Below, piece after piece: positions 47,656 through 60,557 of a stretch of DNA of 64,000 bases. Positions within the stretch are counted from its first letter, which is position 1; the number at the start of each line of letters is the position of its first letter. Below the pieces are notes generated by a model, which did not search any database, was not told the DNA's origin, and saw only the letters and a program-made list of their open reading frames with translations. Source of the DNA: Podarcis vaucheri (lineage: Eukaryota); the NCBI GenBank assembly GCA_965113315.1, contig OZ220377.1. One strand, written 5' to 3'. The position numbers were made by a program, and so were the translations under genes.

Positions 47656-49663
47656 CTTTTCAACACTGGATATAGGACAATGCACATGAGGGGAGCAGAC
47701 TAATTTAGAGAAGACTTCATGACACACACAGAGCATCCAGGCCAGAAAATATGGTGTTACAGGACCCCTCCAGCTCTGGACTCCCCTCCCATTTATGCTC
47801 ACAGGCTCCATGCCAAGGAACCTGCAGATACAGAATAGCCTCTACAAGAGACAGCTCTTCAGGAGGAGGTGGGGCTAAGAGGAGGTTCTGGCCAGTCAGC
47901 CTTCAGAAAGTTGCAGCTTGTTCTAAGACAGGGGTGGGGAACCTCAAGCTCCAAGCCTCTCTACCTGCCCCTCAGGCCAGACCACTCTCTGACCCTGTTT
48001 CTCCCCTGGATATCTTTGCCTGGTTGGAATGTATTCTTGAATTCTGACATTGCCTCTTGTTTGTCTGGTGAGAGGATAGAGAGAAGTGTGTTTAAACTAA
48101 CCCACTATACTAAGGTAAAATCTACACTCATTGCTCCACCCACTTTTGCTTCTGCCCCCACCCACCATTGGAATCTGGCTCTTGGGCTGAAAAAGCTGTT
48201 GCTCTAAGTAGCCAGCTAGTGAGTCTTAATAGCAACTACTGGCTGGCGTGAACTCTCCAGGGTGCTGAAAAGCTGCCCTTTTGCTCTCTTTGGGGTATGG
48301 CTGTGCCTACTGGATCTGACCAGATTTGCTTTCATAGAATCATAGAATCATATTTGATGTGACCTTTCTCTTTGGGATGTGGCCTCTGTCTTATGAGTGA
48401 GTGAACTAGTATCAGCCTGGCCTTTCCTGGGATATTTAGCCAGCTTTTCATCCATTCTGGTATCTGACCTTGCAACAGTTTTATTTAAACATTTCAGCAA
48501 AGAAACAAAACCAAAATGTTGTTGTAGTTCTGGGCTGATGAAGTTGTAATAGGTGGGGAAACTGCCCTGCAGTTAAAATGGTATAAGTTTCTTTATTGCA
48601 AGACCTGGGTTCAATCATAGTTCTGTTTCCTGCATTGTCCTGAAGTGCAACTGACTTGCCTGATCTGCATTGCCTCTGCACTGGATGGGAAACTGTGGAA
48701 ATAACTGCACCACTGTGAGTGGGGCAGGGCTGTTAATTAATTAATTAATTAAAAGGAAGGGAAACCTTTAAATACCCTAAATTTGGAATTTCTGCACAGA
48801 TTTTTCATTATTATTAGTTTTTGGCAAATGATACACAGAGCATGCAAAATGCAACCATTCCACCAGTTGTCCTTTAGTGAACCCATTGATCTTGTCTCTA
48901 TCCTTGAGAAGCTGTGATGTTAAAACATAATAATTGCTAGCTACTGATATTCTGCTTTTGGAAAGGCCTGCTTATATTTTGGAGCACCACAAAGCATGAG
49001 ATCACGTTTCATCTTTATATATAAACTGATGTGGCTTATTTAATGTGATCTGCTGACTCAACAAAAATCTCCAAATAGGAAGGTCAAACTAATTCTGGGA
49101 GCTGCTGTTAATATGCATGGTGACTTGTTCACAAAGCAGATAATATATGGGCAGAGGAACCCAGCAGAAGCATGCACTGTGAATAATCATGATCATAAAA
49201 TTTAAAGCCGGGGACTTTGTGACTGATATTTATTAATGGTTCCGGGACTAGGCCTTCTATCACTGCCTTCTTGTGATTGGATCTCAAAATGACCTCAGAA
49301 TGGCAGTTAATATTTAGAATGTTCACTGAGCTGTGCATGCCGGATAGCTATAGATGATATAGATATATAGATATAGATATAGATATCTGATGTGGCATTG
49401 ACATCTGTGTGAAGTAGATATAGGTGGGGCTGCCATACATTTGGATTTCCCTGGACATTACCAGGATTTCAAAGGTGGAACTGATGTCTGGGAGGAATTT
49501 CCGAAAGGCGGCACTTTGTCCTGGATTATTTTGAAATATGGCAACCCTGGATTTGCAACCCAGGCAATTGGGCAGCATATAAACACAAGAACAAGAACAA
49601 GAACAACAATTACCACCTCCACTACTACTATTTCAGAAGAAATTTAAAATAAGACTGCCAGTA

Positions 49664-49908
49664 CCGTCATACCTCGGGTTACAGACGCTTCAGGTTGCGT
49701 TTTTTCAGGTTACGGACCCGCCAAAACCCTGAAGTACCGGAACGGGTTACTTCTGCGTTTCAGCGGTCGAGCATGTGCAGAAGTGCTAAATTGCGCTTTG
49801 TGCAAGCGCAGAAGCACCAAATTGCAACCCACGCATGCACAGACGTGCTGCTGCGGGTTGTGAATGTGCCTCCCATACAGATCACGTTCGGATCCCGAGC
49901 ACCCACTG
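49664..49908. mobile_element. Tc1/mariner (Tigger-like) MITE with TA TSD, inside an old CR1
   Basis: ta|ccgtcatacctcggg...cccgagcacccactg|ta; CR1-like sequence on both sides. Confidence 0.7.
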
Positions 49909-49909
49909 T

Positions 49910-50595
49910 ATCATAATGTCATTATGCAAATCTATGGTGCAACCACACTTTGAATATTGTGTGCAGTTCTGGTTGCCTCACCTCAAAAAGGATGTTGTAG
50001 AGTTGGGGAAGTTTCAGAGAAGGGCAGCCAAAGTTATCAAGAGGATGGAGTGGCTCCCCTTTGAAGAAATGTAGTAATGTTTGGTACTTTTCAGTTTAGC
50101 AAAAAGTTGAGTAAGAGGTGACATGACAGACGTTTATAAAATTATGGATGGCATGGAGAATGTGGATAGAGAAAACTTTTTCTCCATCTCCCAAAACACT
50201 AGAACACCCAAGGAAGCTGAATATTTGGGATGGATAAAAGAAAGTCCTTTTTTACACAGCACATAGTTACACTATGGAACTCACTTTCACAGGAGGCCGT
50301 AATGGCCACCAACTTGGATGGCTTTGAAAGAGGAAGAGACCAAATCATGGAAGAGAGGGCTATCCAGGGCTATGAGCCACGAGAGCCGTGCTCTGCTGCC
50401 GCAGCTGGAGGCAGCAATGATTCTGAATCCCAGTCGCTGGAAACTGCAGGAGGGGAGAAGAGGGCTCTTGGGCTCAAATCCTGCTTGCTAATTTCCCACC
50501 GGCATCTGCTTGGCCACTGTGAGAACAGGAGCTGGACTAGACGCTGGACTGGATGGTCCCTTGGCCTGAACCAGCAGGATGCTCTTAGGTTCTTA
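49910..50595 (+). mobile_element. Old CR1 3' fragment (decayed ORF2 end)
   Basis: Translates IMSLCKSMVQPHFEYCVQFWLPHLKKDV; stops and frameshifts follow. Confidence 0.8.
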
Positions 50596-50813
50596 TATAT
50601 CTAATTATTTGTTAATGCATATTTTCCATTCTTCTCCATGTTGACGTATGGTAGATTACACTCAACAGAAAATACATTTTTAAAACAGATAAAAATAATT
50701 AAAATTTAGAAACACCTAAAACCCTTCCAAAATGGAAGAACAGAATATGGCGTTCTATCTGTTTTAAGCTGCCTCAGGAGGACCTTTCCCCAGCAGACAG
50801 CCTAAACCTATTT

Positions 50814-50921
50814 AAAATTAAATCAATTGTTTTTAGATGCTTTAAATATGTTTTTATTTTAGTTTTAAAAATTAAATCAATTGTTTTTAGATGCTTTAAA
50901 TATGTTTTTATTTTATTTTTT
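50814..50921. repeat. 54-bp tandem duplication (2 copies)
   Basis: aaaattaaatcaattgtttttagatgctttaaatatgtttttatttta starts at 50814 and again at 50868. Confidence 0.9.
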
Positions 50922-52583
50922 AATGGCATTGTTTCATCACTTCCACATTTGTTGTCCTCGGTAACTTGGGAGGAAGGGTGGGATACAAATGCCATTATTA
51001 CTAATATCATATGAAATGGTTTATCTTGAGGACTAGAGGAGACAGGACATAGTTATATACACTTAAGCCAGACTCTCAGAATACTGCAGAGGATGTGGTT
51101 TATGATGCCCAGTTTCAATCCTTTTTTATTCCTTTGAGTATTAACACTTTTGTTCAGTAAGCTGCTTCTTTATTCCACCCTTGAAACACTTCAAAAGCAC
51201 TTTGTGACTATATTGCTGAAATGGCTTCTTCTGTTCCAGCTTCCAGCCTAATTAATAAGACAACAAACATTCTTGTCAATCTCAGAACACTACAGCAAAT
51301 CACTTCATGAAAATAAAACGTTTAGGAGAAGAACACAGGGAAACTGAATGCATGACAAACTAGTTGTGACCATTTAGGGAGCAATTACCTAGTTTTGAGA
51401 TGGGAAACACTGCAGGGATTGTTGGACTCAAACTCCATTTAGCCTCAGCAAGCATGGTCAGGGAAGATGGGAGTTGTAGTCCAACAATATCTGGAGGACC
51501 AAAAATTCCACAGCCCTGACCTAAGCATTACACCAGCAAGCAGTAGGAAAGATGATTGTTTTTGTAATCAGGCTGACAGTGAAGTTCCCTGAGCTTAGGT
51601 CTGGGAATGAAGTTCAGGTGCTCATGGAAACATGCTTCATAGGAGTGATGAGCTTCAGTTCCTCTCAGGCTTCGATTAAAATGTGATCCAAAGAAGAATT
51701 CTGGCTCCACTGATGGCCTCTTACTTGAATAGATGTAGGATAGGGAGGGTGTGTGTGTGTGTGTGGAAACTAGCCTATTGTACAAAAGTAAAATGATATT
51801 CATTGCTTCACTTACAGTAATTTGCCCCTGGCCACACAAACCACCGGCAGGTGGTCCTTGGAAGGTGGCCCAGGAGAGAATGTGGTCCTCAGGCAGAGAA
51901 AAGTTCACCACCCCTGGATTAGACAAATTTATGGAGATGTAAATATCTATTGATGCCTATTAGCAGCAGGCCTCCCAAGTACCAGTCAGGCCCTGCTTTG
52001 GGGGCTTCCTGGAAGCACCTGGTTGGTTACTGTTGAAAATGGGATGGTGGAGTAGATTAGCCTTCTGCAGCTTGGTGTGATGCCATTAAGAACACAAAAG
52101 AGCCAAGTACCAGTCCATTAAGAATAATTGACCATGCAGATGCTGCCCAAGCCCCGGCTGAGAAGTGGACAGAAACAGAAGAATTGAGAGGGGGAGGTTG
52201 CCAGGGGGAACAGAGGGTGTGACATCACTACAGGAAAAATGTCTCCTTTTAAAACAGGTTTTGGAACAGGGGGTTTGGGGAAGAAGAAGAGAGGGGCTTA
52301 GGACAAGCGGTGCTGCATGAAGGAGGCTGCACACAATAAACCAGGGGGCCTGGTAGGCTGTTGCTTTGGATCCAAGCTTGCTGAGGTTATGAGATAAGCA
52401 GCAGCAGCAACAACAACAACAACACCAATAATTAATGTAATACAGTAATAATAATTTATAATGTAATAATAATTTATGAGAGATGCTCTTGGGGTGTAAT
52501 GTTCTGCACTCTCTCCAACAAACCTTAGGTTGTAAATACGTGTAAAGTGAACCATATTTCATAAGGACACAACAGTTTCCATT

Positions 52584-52985
52584 ACAGGTAGGTAGCTGTG
52601 TTGGTCTGCCATAGTCGAAACAAAATAAAAAATTCCTTCCAGTAGCACTTTAGAGGCCAACTAAGTTTGTTATTGGCATGAGCTTTCGTGTGCATCCACA
52701 CTTCTTCAGATACACTGAAAAAGAAGTCACCAGACCCTTATATATAGTGAGAAGGTGGGGAGGGGTATTACTCAGAAGGGTGGTGGGAATGGGTGATTGG
52801 CTGATAGGTGTGGTAAACCTATCTGCTGAATTGCAACTTATTACCAAACTTAAAACCACGGAGAGACCTGCTCTGAATTGGATATTGGATTTTTATCTCA
52901 TTATACATGATAGCTTTTTCCTGTAAGTCCAATTGCAGTCATTAACAGTTTCCACTGTGCCTCATTCCCGAGGAATACAAGACCC
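52584..52985. mobile_element. Penelope-like element fragment (inverted pseudo-LTR plus GIY-YIG C-terminus)
   Basis: 52584-52820 resembles a pseudo-LTR on the minus strand. 52823-52910 on the plus strand reads AELQLITKLKTTERPALN, a Penelope ORF end. Confidence 0.75.
52676..52713 (-). ncRNA. Minimal type I hammerhead ribozyme motif
   Basis: GUAU-CUGAAGA-A-GUGUG(GAUG)CACAC-GAAA-GC-UC-AUGC: both core boxes, a 5-bp helix II, a 4-bp helix I and palindromic AGCU in place of helix III. Confidence 0.7.
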
Positions 52986-54269
52986 CTGGAATCTTGCTAC
53001 CACTTGGCAGACACTGGGGTGGCCTGAACAGTATGTTTATGTGTATGCTTGTATATTGTGTGTATTGTGTGCATTGTGCACCATAAGAATGTGTTGAGGG
53101 CCTTCCTACTACCAGCTCAAGGCCACACCCACCACCGGATTGGGGTCTTTGGGAAATGCTGGAAAAGGTTTCTTTCTTCTGGGCCATTTGTGCCATTTGT
53201 GCAAGCCAGCAGAGCTCTCCTTGTGATGACCATCCAATCTCAATACAGGGTACCAAATCTTTATCAACTCTCCACCCAGTACTTGCCCAGCCAGACAATA
53301 TTTGCAGAGAATAGCCACCATCTCCTGAATAGAAAGTATTAATTCAATATTAAAGCAGAGTGAGACAATGTTAACTGACTTTGTAACAGAAAAGGATCAA
53401 AGTCTTGTGTTCCTTAGAATTCCAGCCTAATGTGGCCTTTGTAGTTAATCTTTATCCTTTTTCAGATATTAAATACTAACGCTGAGCCTGCTCTCCTCTC
53501 CTCACTACAATCTGTAAGACTGTTGGCAAGGCTTCTTTTGTGTGTGGCCACGTCCTTCTTCCTGCTCCTTTCCCAAAGAGCAGGGTGATTCATATGTTAT
53601 AGTAACCTACATCTTGACTTGGCACCATCTCTCTTCTAAAAATAGACCCCAGAAAAAGGTCACCCTGCTTGGTCTCCTCCAAAGAAAAATGTGCTTTCCT
53701 TTCAGAGATCAGTATTGGGAGAAGGAAGGGCAGAGCTTTTAGGTTTCTGGTTTGGGATCTAGGCTATCTTTGTAAATTAACCCTTTGTGCTTGAGGGTAG
53801 GCAAGAGATTGCTAATTGGATTGATTGATTCCAGACCTTTTAGCAGTGATGCAAAAATATTCGCATTAGGTAGCCTCCTTTGTGGGCAGTGCTACCCAAG
53901 GAAAAGAATAGATCAGTGAGAAAGCATTGCATACAGATGGTTTGAAGTTCAGCCCTCAGAATTTCCAAGGAAGGTTTCAAAAGGCTCCTTCCTGAAATCC
54001 TGGAGAGAGCAGTTCCAGTGGATAATACTAACCTGGAAGAAAGACCTGTGGTTTTCCTTGGTATAAAGCAGATTTCTGCCTTCCTAATAGCAATGCTTGG
54101 TGTTTTACTTGATTCCAGTGCTGCAGGAATTGGATTTGTGCATTAAAGAAACTTTGAGGAAAAGGAAACTTAGGGAGAAGGGCCAGAACTCAGGGGTTGT
54201 GCCCCATGCTTTGCATGCAGAAGGTCCCAGGTTCAGTCCCCAATGGCATCTTCATCGAAGGTTGGAATA

Positions 54270-54761
54270 ATAGAATCATAGAGTTGGAAGAGACCACAAG
54301 GGCCATCGAGTCCAACCCCCTGCCAAGCAGGAAACACCATCAGAGCACTCCTGACATATGGTTGTCAAGCCTCTGCTTAAAGACCTCCAAAGTAGGAGAC
54401 TCCACCACACTCCTTGGCAGCAAATTCCACTGTCGAACAGCTCTTACTGTCAGGAAGTTCTTCCTAATGTTTAGGTGGAATCTTCTTTCTTGTAGTTTGG
54501 ATCCATTGCTCTGTGTCCGCTTCTCTGGAGCAGCAGAAAACAACTTTTCTCCCTCCTCTATGTGACATCCTTTTATATATTTGAACATGGCTATCATATC
54601 ACCCCTTAACCTCCTCTTCTCCAGGCTAAACATGCCCAGCTCCCTTAGCCGTTCCTCATAAGGCATCGTTTCCAGGCCTTTGACCATTTTGGTTGCCCTG
54701 CTCTGGACACGTTCCAGTTTGTCAGTGTCCTTCTTGAACTGTGGTGCCCAGAACTGGACAC
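54270..54761 (-). mobile_element. Young CR1, short 5'-truncated copy, inserted in a Squam3-like SINE
   Basis: Near-identical to the 3' ends of the other two copies. SINE head at 54180-54266; SINE body resumes at 54762. Confidence 0.93.
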
Positions 54762-55936
54762 AGTTGGGATGGATCCCTGTCTGAAATCCTGGTGAGGTGA
54801 TGCCAGGCAGACATCTGAATGAAGCACAGCTTGGTCTGAAAGTTAGTGAGGAGAACTTTCAGCTTGAATTTGGGAGGTAAAAGCAGCCCAATGTTTTCAT
54901 CAGTTTCCCTTTTTTCAACACTGCCAAACATTTTGTGGTGCCTATTAAAATACCACCTAAGACATGAGCAACACTATGTGTCAATACAGCATTTGTTCCC
55001 AGGAGCCAATGGCTTGTGTTTGAGAGTGCACAATGGTAGATGCTATTGGTAGTCATGATCCAGTGGTTTCTGAGCAACTGCTGCCAGCACCAAGGTTCCA
55101 AAAATATTTGCTCCGTTCTGTGCATCCCTCAAATGTCTGAAATGGCCCTCTCATTTTTGATATCTGAAAATGGAGAATGACCTCATCTAAGATGGTGGCA
55201 CCTACCTGCATTTTTATAAGAATGTGTGTGTAAAGCTCTTGTAATTGGGGAAATCTTTAATTTATCAAAAGATTTTCAATCAATGACTGTAACAAATCAG
55301 TCAATGGGAAACTTAAAGGCTGCAGCCCTGTGGTGTTCAAGAGAGCATCTTGGTGGCCACAGGATTTTTCAAATCTCCTTCTACAAGGGCAGAAAATAGG
55401 TTCAGTCTTGGAAAGGGAGATCCAACCATCTCAGTCTCCATCATGAGGCTATGAAATGGTCCTTAACTGGTGCTCATTTGTCAGAGAGAGCAGAAATGGA
55501 GGAGCATGCTGGAAGAGGCAATGATCTCTGGGACTTGCATCATTTATTTCCCTCCAACTGGAATCAATGGAAGGGAAACTGTTGTTAAGAGGGAGGGCAA
55601 GCTCCAGGAACCAATTTTCTCAAATGGAATGCATGTGTGTGTGCATATGCATGTATTTCCCACAAATACATGCATTTTAATGACAGCACCTACAGTTTGG
55701 AACTCACCACCTGGGCAGGTTCCTTTACTCTACTCTCTTTAGTACCTGCTTAAAACTGTTTTGTTTAGACATGCCTCTCTTTTAGCCACTGTTGACTTTA
55801 ATTAAACTTTTGAATTTATATACTCGTTTTTAACTGTTCATTTACCAAGAATTTCAGTGTTTTATTTTTGTAAACCACATAGAAGATATATGCATTTTGT
55901 TAAATAAAATAAATGCAAATAATATATTGATTTTTG

Positions 55937-57984
55937 TGTTTTTTATAATGATATTTATTGAAAAAAGAATTTTTTTAAAATTACAAAGAAAAAAGACAAA
56001 AATTACAAAGAAAAAAGACAAAAACAGAAAAATAAAAAATAAAACCAACATTTTCAAATTCTCCACTTTCATTACCTTCTTTCCATGACCTCCTCCTCCT
56101 CCCATCTCTTGTATCTTGATTAATAATTGTCACAGCAAATCCTTTCCATAATTCATAATATTCTGTCATTACATTACCTTACTCTATTTTCATCTTATCT
56201 TATAAAAAACCTTAAACCTTAAAACTTAAATCTTATTTTTACCAGCTTCTCATAACCATTACCTTTTTACCTAATTCTTTAAACATTTTTACAAGAGCCA
56301 AGTAATTTCATTTCAACATTTTTCCAACTTTCATAAAACATTTCTGATGATATAAAAAAAGAGAATAAAAACAATCCAATCTTCTTCCAGTGTCCCCTCC
56401 CCCCGGTCCCGGGATTGTCAGTCCTTTTTATCCCATTAGTTTGGCACATTATATCCGAGGCCTTCAAATCTCTTCCATGTCCCTTCCGCAGCTCTTCTTC
56501 ATATTTTCCTTTCACTCGTGGGAACTCCAGCTTGGTAGTGTTTTTGACCCTTTTCTACAAATCAGCTCCTTTCTCATAGTCCAGAGTAGACTCCATGTGG
56601 TATTTTAAGACATGTTTCAAATTCCCTCCAAGATTGGAAGTCCCAACAGCTCCAAACCTCCGACGGCCCATTGCCAGAATCGGAAAGTCCAAACATCCCT
56701 GCATAGGGGGTTCAGTCCAACCCCCCATTTCCAAATCAATCCAAACTTTGTCTTTCCAAATCTGGTTTTTTCCAAGTTCATTTGTCAAATCCAAAGGCTC
56801 ATTTTCCTGCTGGGCCAAAAGTCCCTCCATCTCTGGCGCCCAAGATTCTGCAACATCCTCTTCTATCATCTGCTCTGTCGGGACACACTCCTGTTTAAGT
56901 TCTTGGGTGGGCTCCATATAATTTCCCACTACCTGTTCAAATGTTCTGCCCGCATTAGTCATCAAATCCGTCTTCTGACTTAACTGATCCAATAGGGCAT
57001 TTATTTTACAGAAAGCACCCAACAGTGCTTCTGATAACATTGTCCTGCAAGGTCACAATTCCTTTCCCACGGTTGTAATCTGTGGCAGCTGCAAGCTCCC
57101 TAGAATTGGTTACAATTTCACAGTCCCCCTCTAGGGGGGGAACTTCTGGTTGTTCTTTCTTTTAAGAACAATAGCAACAAAGTTTCTTTTTTTAAGATCT
57201 TTTGTCAATATTAGTTCCTTTAAAATGCAAAAGGAAACAGTGGAATCACAATGTTACACTTCTTTTAACTATCTGTCAAAAGCATTTGTCTCTGGTCAAT
57301 GGGCTTCAAAACGTCAATTCTGACACCCCGCTCCAGGGTCAGGACGGTGGAAAGTTACTTTACTTTAAACTCACTTCTGCAGGTTTAAACAGTCCAAAAA
57401 GATCCCCCTTCTTCTCCTGCTACCGAAGGGGGGGTTCAACGGTTTTAAATGGTGAAAACCAATCCTTTAAAAGTAATTTTCTCAGCTCTAGTTTACGTTG
57501 TCTTTGCTTTCTTCTAACTACAAGGAAACGGAAGGCTGACTTCCTGTTTAGACCTTCCCGTTTCAGTGCCAAATTAAGGTAAATTTTTAAGTCCAATTCC
57601 TTTCTAATCGCCAGTTCTTATTTGAAGTCCAATTGTTCAATATTTGAGTACTCACGGGTGATTACTTTAAATGCCAAATTGTCCCAGGAAAAAGGCAGCG
57701 CTCTCCGGCAACGGCTGTGCGGCTTCGCTCCACGGAAATAGCAGTTGACTCACAGCACCGCGCCACTTCCCCCTCTTCGCTTCGGAGCCCGTTAGTGGGT
57801 TCCTTTGCGGGTTGGGGGGGCGCTAAAGGTGCCCTCCGAGTCCCACGGTCACAGGCTTCATCTGCCTGTGATTTCTAAAAGGGTCCCCGCTTCGCCGCTG
57901 CGGAAAAGACCCATTTCGCGCAGAACTGGTCCCTCCAGTTCAGAGGGAGTCCGCCATTGCCGATGGCGCCACCCCGGAAGTCTC
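55937..57984 (-). mobile_element. Complete ~2.05-kb non-autonomous L1-mobilised (HAL1-like) element
   Basis: TSD AATAATATATT(G/C)ATTTTTG at 55918-55936 and 57985-58003. GC-rich 5' end, one 161-aa ORF (57040-56555), AATAAA at 55959-55954, A-tail. No RT. Confidence 0.75.
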
Positions 57985-58011
57985 AATAATATATTCATTT
58001 TTGAAAACATA

Positions 58012-59304
58012 CGAAGGTTGTTCACTAAAGATCTCCCCTTACCCACTTCTGGTTATCGTAGCAGGATGAAATTGCACATGTATAATGATACATCTCTCCA
58101 TAGGTAATGTGCTAATTTGTAGCTCTGAACTCTTAACGGTTTCTCTGCTATGGGTGCTAACATGGAGTAACATCTGATAATGGAACCAGTTGAATGCAGA
58201 GTGGTAGTCAGGTTCCTGCACTTGAAAGGGCATGCACCATGGGAGACGTTCGATGAGATGAAAGGGACTTATGGGGAGGATGCCCCATTGTATGACATGA
58301 CAAGCGCTGGCATCGTCAGTTCAAGTGTGGTCGGACTTTGGTGGAACGGCTCCCATTCCTGGGCAACCACAGTCCACCATTGATGAAGACACCATCCAGC
58401 AAGTGGAGGCCACCATTTTGGAGGATCACCGCATAACCGTTCATGAACTAGCTGCAGATGTCAAGATCAGTGTGGGATCTGTAGAAAAAAAATCACCTGT
58501 GATCATTTGCTCATGGGAAAGGTGTCTGCACCATGGGTTCCTCAGCTGTTGACTCCTTTCCAGAAGCAGGAATGAGTCACATGCTCACCGGCTCTTTTGG
58601 CCATGTGTCACGAAAACCATGATGACTTCTTCGCCAGACTAATTACCCAGGACAAAAAATGGGTCCATCATTATGACCCAGAGACTAAATCCTAGTTCAA
58701 ACAATGGAGCACTCTGCCTCACCACCTCCAAAGTAGGCACGTGTCCAACTGTCAGTGGGCAAGGTCATGCTCATGGTCTTTTGGGACCAGCATGGAGTAG
58801 TGATGATGGATTTCCTGGCAAAGGGTACCACAATTACCGGGACATACTATGCTTCACTGCTGCAGAAATTGCAGAAGGCCATCAGAATCAAGAAGCATGG
58901 TATGCTGACCAAAGGTGTCTGCCTCCTGCAAGATAACACCCCAGTTCACAACTTGGATGTTGCTCAGACAGAAGCACGGTCCTGTGGCTATGAAATCCTT
59001 CCTCAGACCCCTTATTGTCCTGACCTTGCACCATCGGACCTCCACCTTTTTTCAATGATGAAGTTATTTTTGAAGGGAAAGCTTTTTCCAGATGATGAAA
59101 TGCTGATTTCTGAGGTCAAGTCGTGGCTTCTGACGCAACCTGCCAACTTCTACAGATGAGGTCTCCACAGCTACATAAAGCGATGGGTGAAGTGTTTGAT
59201 TCTTGCTGGTAGCTATGTAGAGAAGGACTAATATCTGTGCCTAGTTTCATTTGTCTCAGTACACGGGAAGTACATCAGGGGAAATCTTTAATGAATGCCC
59301 CTCG
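58012..59304 (+). mobile_element. Full-length (1293 bp) inactive mariner transposon, DD34D
   Basis: TA TSDs at 58010-58011 and 59305-59306; ~40-bp imperfect TIRs. Broken transposase from the ATG at 58180 with WVPQL, ITQD, LQDN and YCPDLAPSD motifs; 34 residues between D2 and D3. Confidence 0.92.
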
Positions 59305-59933
59305 TAGTTTGGTTAGAGAACTGCATATCAAAATTCAGAGAAGAGCAAGTTTGGAAGGTTGCCTGTGTTTTGGTTCACCTATTGGTTTGTGAATTATGTA
59401 GTTTCTCATTAAAATGAAAAGAAAATCATATTTGTCCCTCATCACTAGTCCTGACACACATACATATTTGTGACCTTCTCGAAATCCAGAGACTGAAGGT
59501 GTTAGCAGCTGAATCATCCCAATGTTTCTAATTATATCCCAGATAGCATAACAAAACAGCTAACAGTTCTGTTGTCCTTTCTGAATGTACATCAGTGCCA
59601 GAAGTGTCTAAAATTTGTTCAGCACTGCAAGCTGCAGCCTGGCTGTGCTGATAATGCAATATTATTGATGACATGGTGTGTCAGCAAAGGCCATGGTATC
59701 TTATCAGCATCCTAATAAAATGAGGGTGGCCTTACATACGGGAAGATCAGTGCAGCTGGTCATCTGCCCTCTGCCTGCAGCATAATCAATAGAGGGCAGC
59801 AATAATGATCAGAGTATCCAGAATGAAAAGGGAGCGGGGGAGGGGGACCATAAAGAAATATTTCTGTGCTAATGAAAGAGGCTTTCCAGGACCTTCAAGG
59901 ATGATTTGACCTCAAGCCTTTTAGCTATAAGGC

Positions 59934-59935
<2 letters not shown>

Positions 59936-59972
<37 letters not shown>
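59936..59972. repeat. (AC)n microsatellite
   Basis: Seen directly. Confidence 0.95.
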
Positions 59973-59973
<1 letters not shown>

Positions 59974-60557
59974 AGTAAGACTGGAGGTTACTCTTTGAAT
60001 ATAGCTGAGTGCCTTCAGCAACATTTACAAAGCCCATCTCTTGCATTTTGCAGTGGAAGGCTGCAATCTTTGCCAGACTTACTTAGGAGAAAGTTCTATT
60101 AAACTCCCTGGAACTTATTTCCAAGGAAACAAGCTGGCTGCCTCCCTGAACTCAGTGGAAACTACTTGGAAATAAACATGTTTAGTGCATGTTACACAAA
60201 AATGCATCTTTAGCAGTTTGGCAGAGGCAGGAATGTAGGAAACTGCCTTCTACTGAGTCAGACCAGCTGTCCTTTTCCCTCTCTGAAAAAAGAAAAAACC
60301 ACTGACTACAATGTTTCACACTATCCAATTTACAATATATATATATATTAAATTACAGAGACAAGAATAAAAGGGATTGCAGTTTATATTGCCTAATTAA
60401 AGCTTATATTTAGTTAGGGGATAGTCCTAGAATGATCAACAGTATTCTTGTTCTCCTTTCTTTTACAGAGAAACCGTGTGGGAGAAGTTTAAACGGTACC
60501 TTTCAGGAAGGATAAGGTTATCAGTGATGGCTCTGTCTGCTTCCACCATTGGAGGTA

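Noticed and set aside
59600-59930. E-box and TAAT-rich unique stretch as a neural enhancer
   Set aside because: The motifs are too short to support without conservation data.
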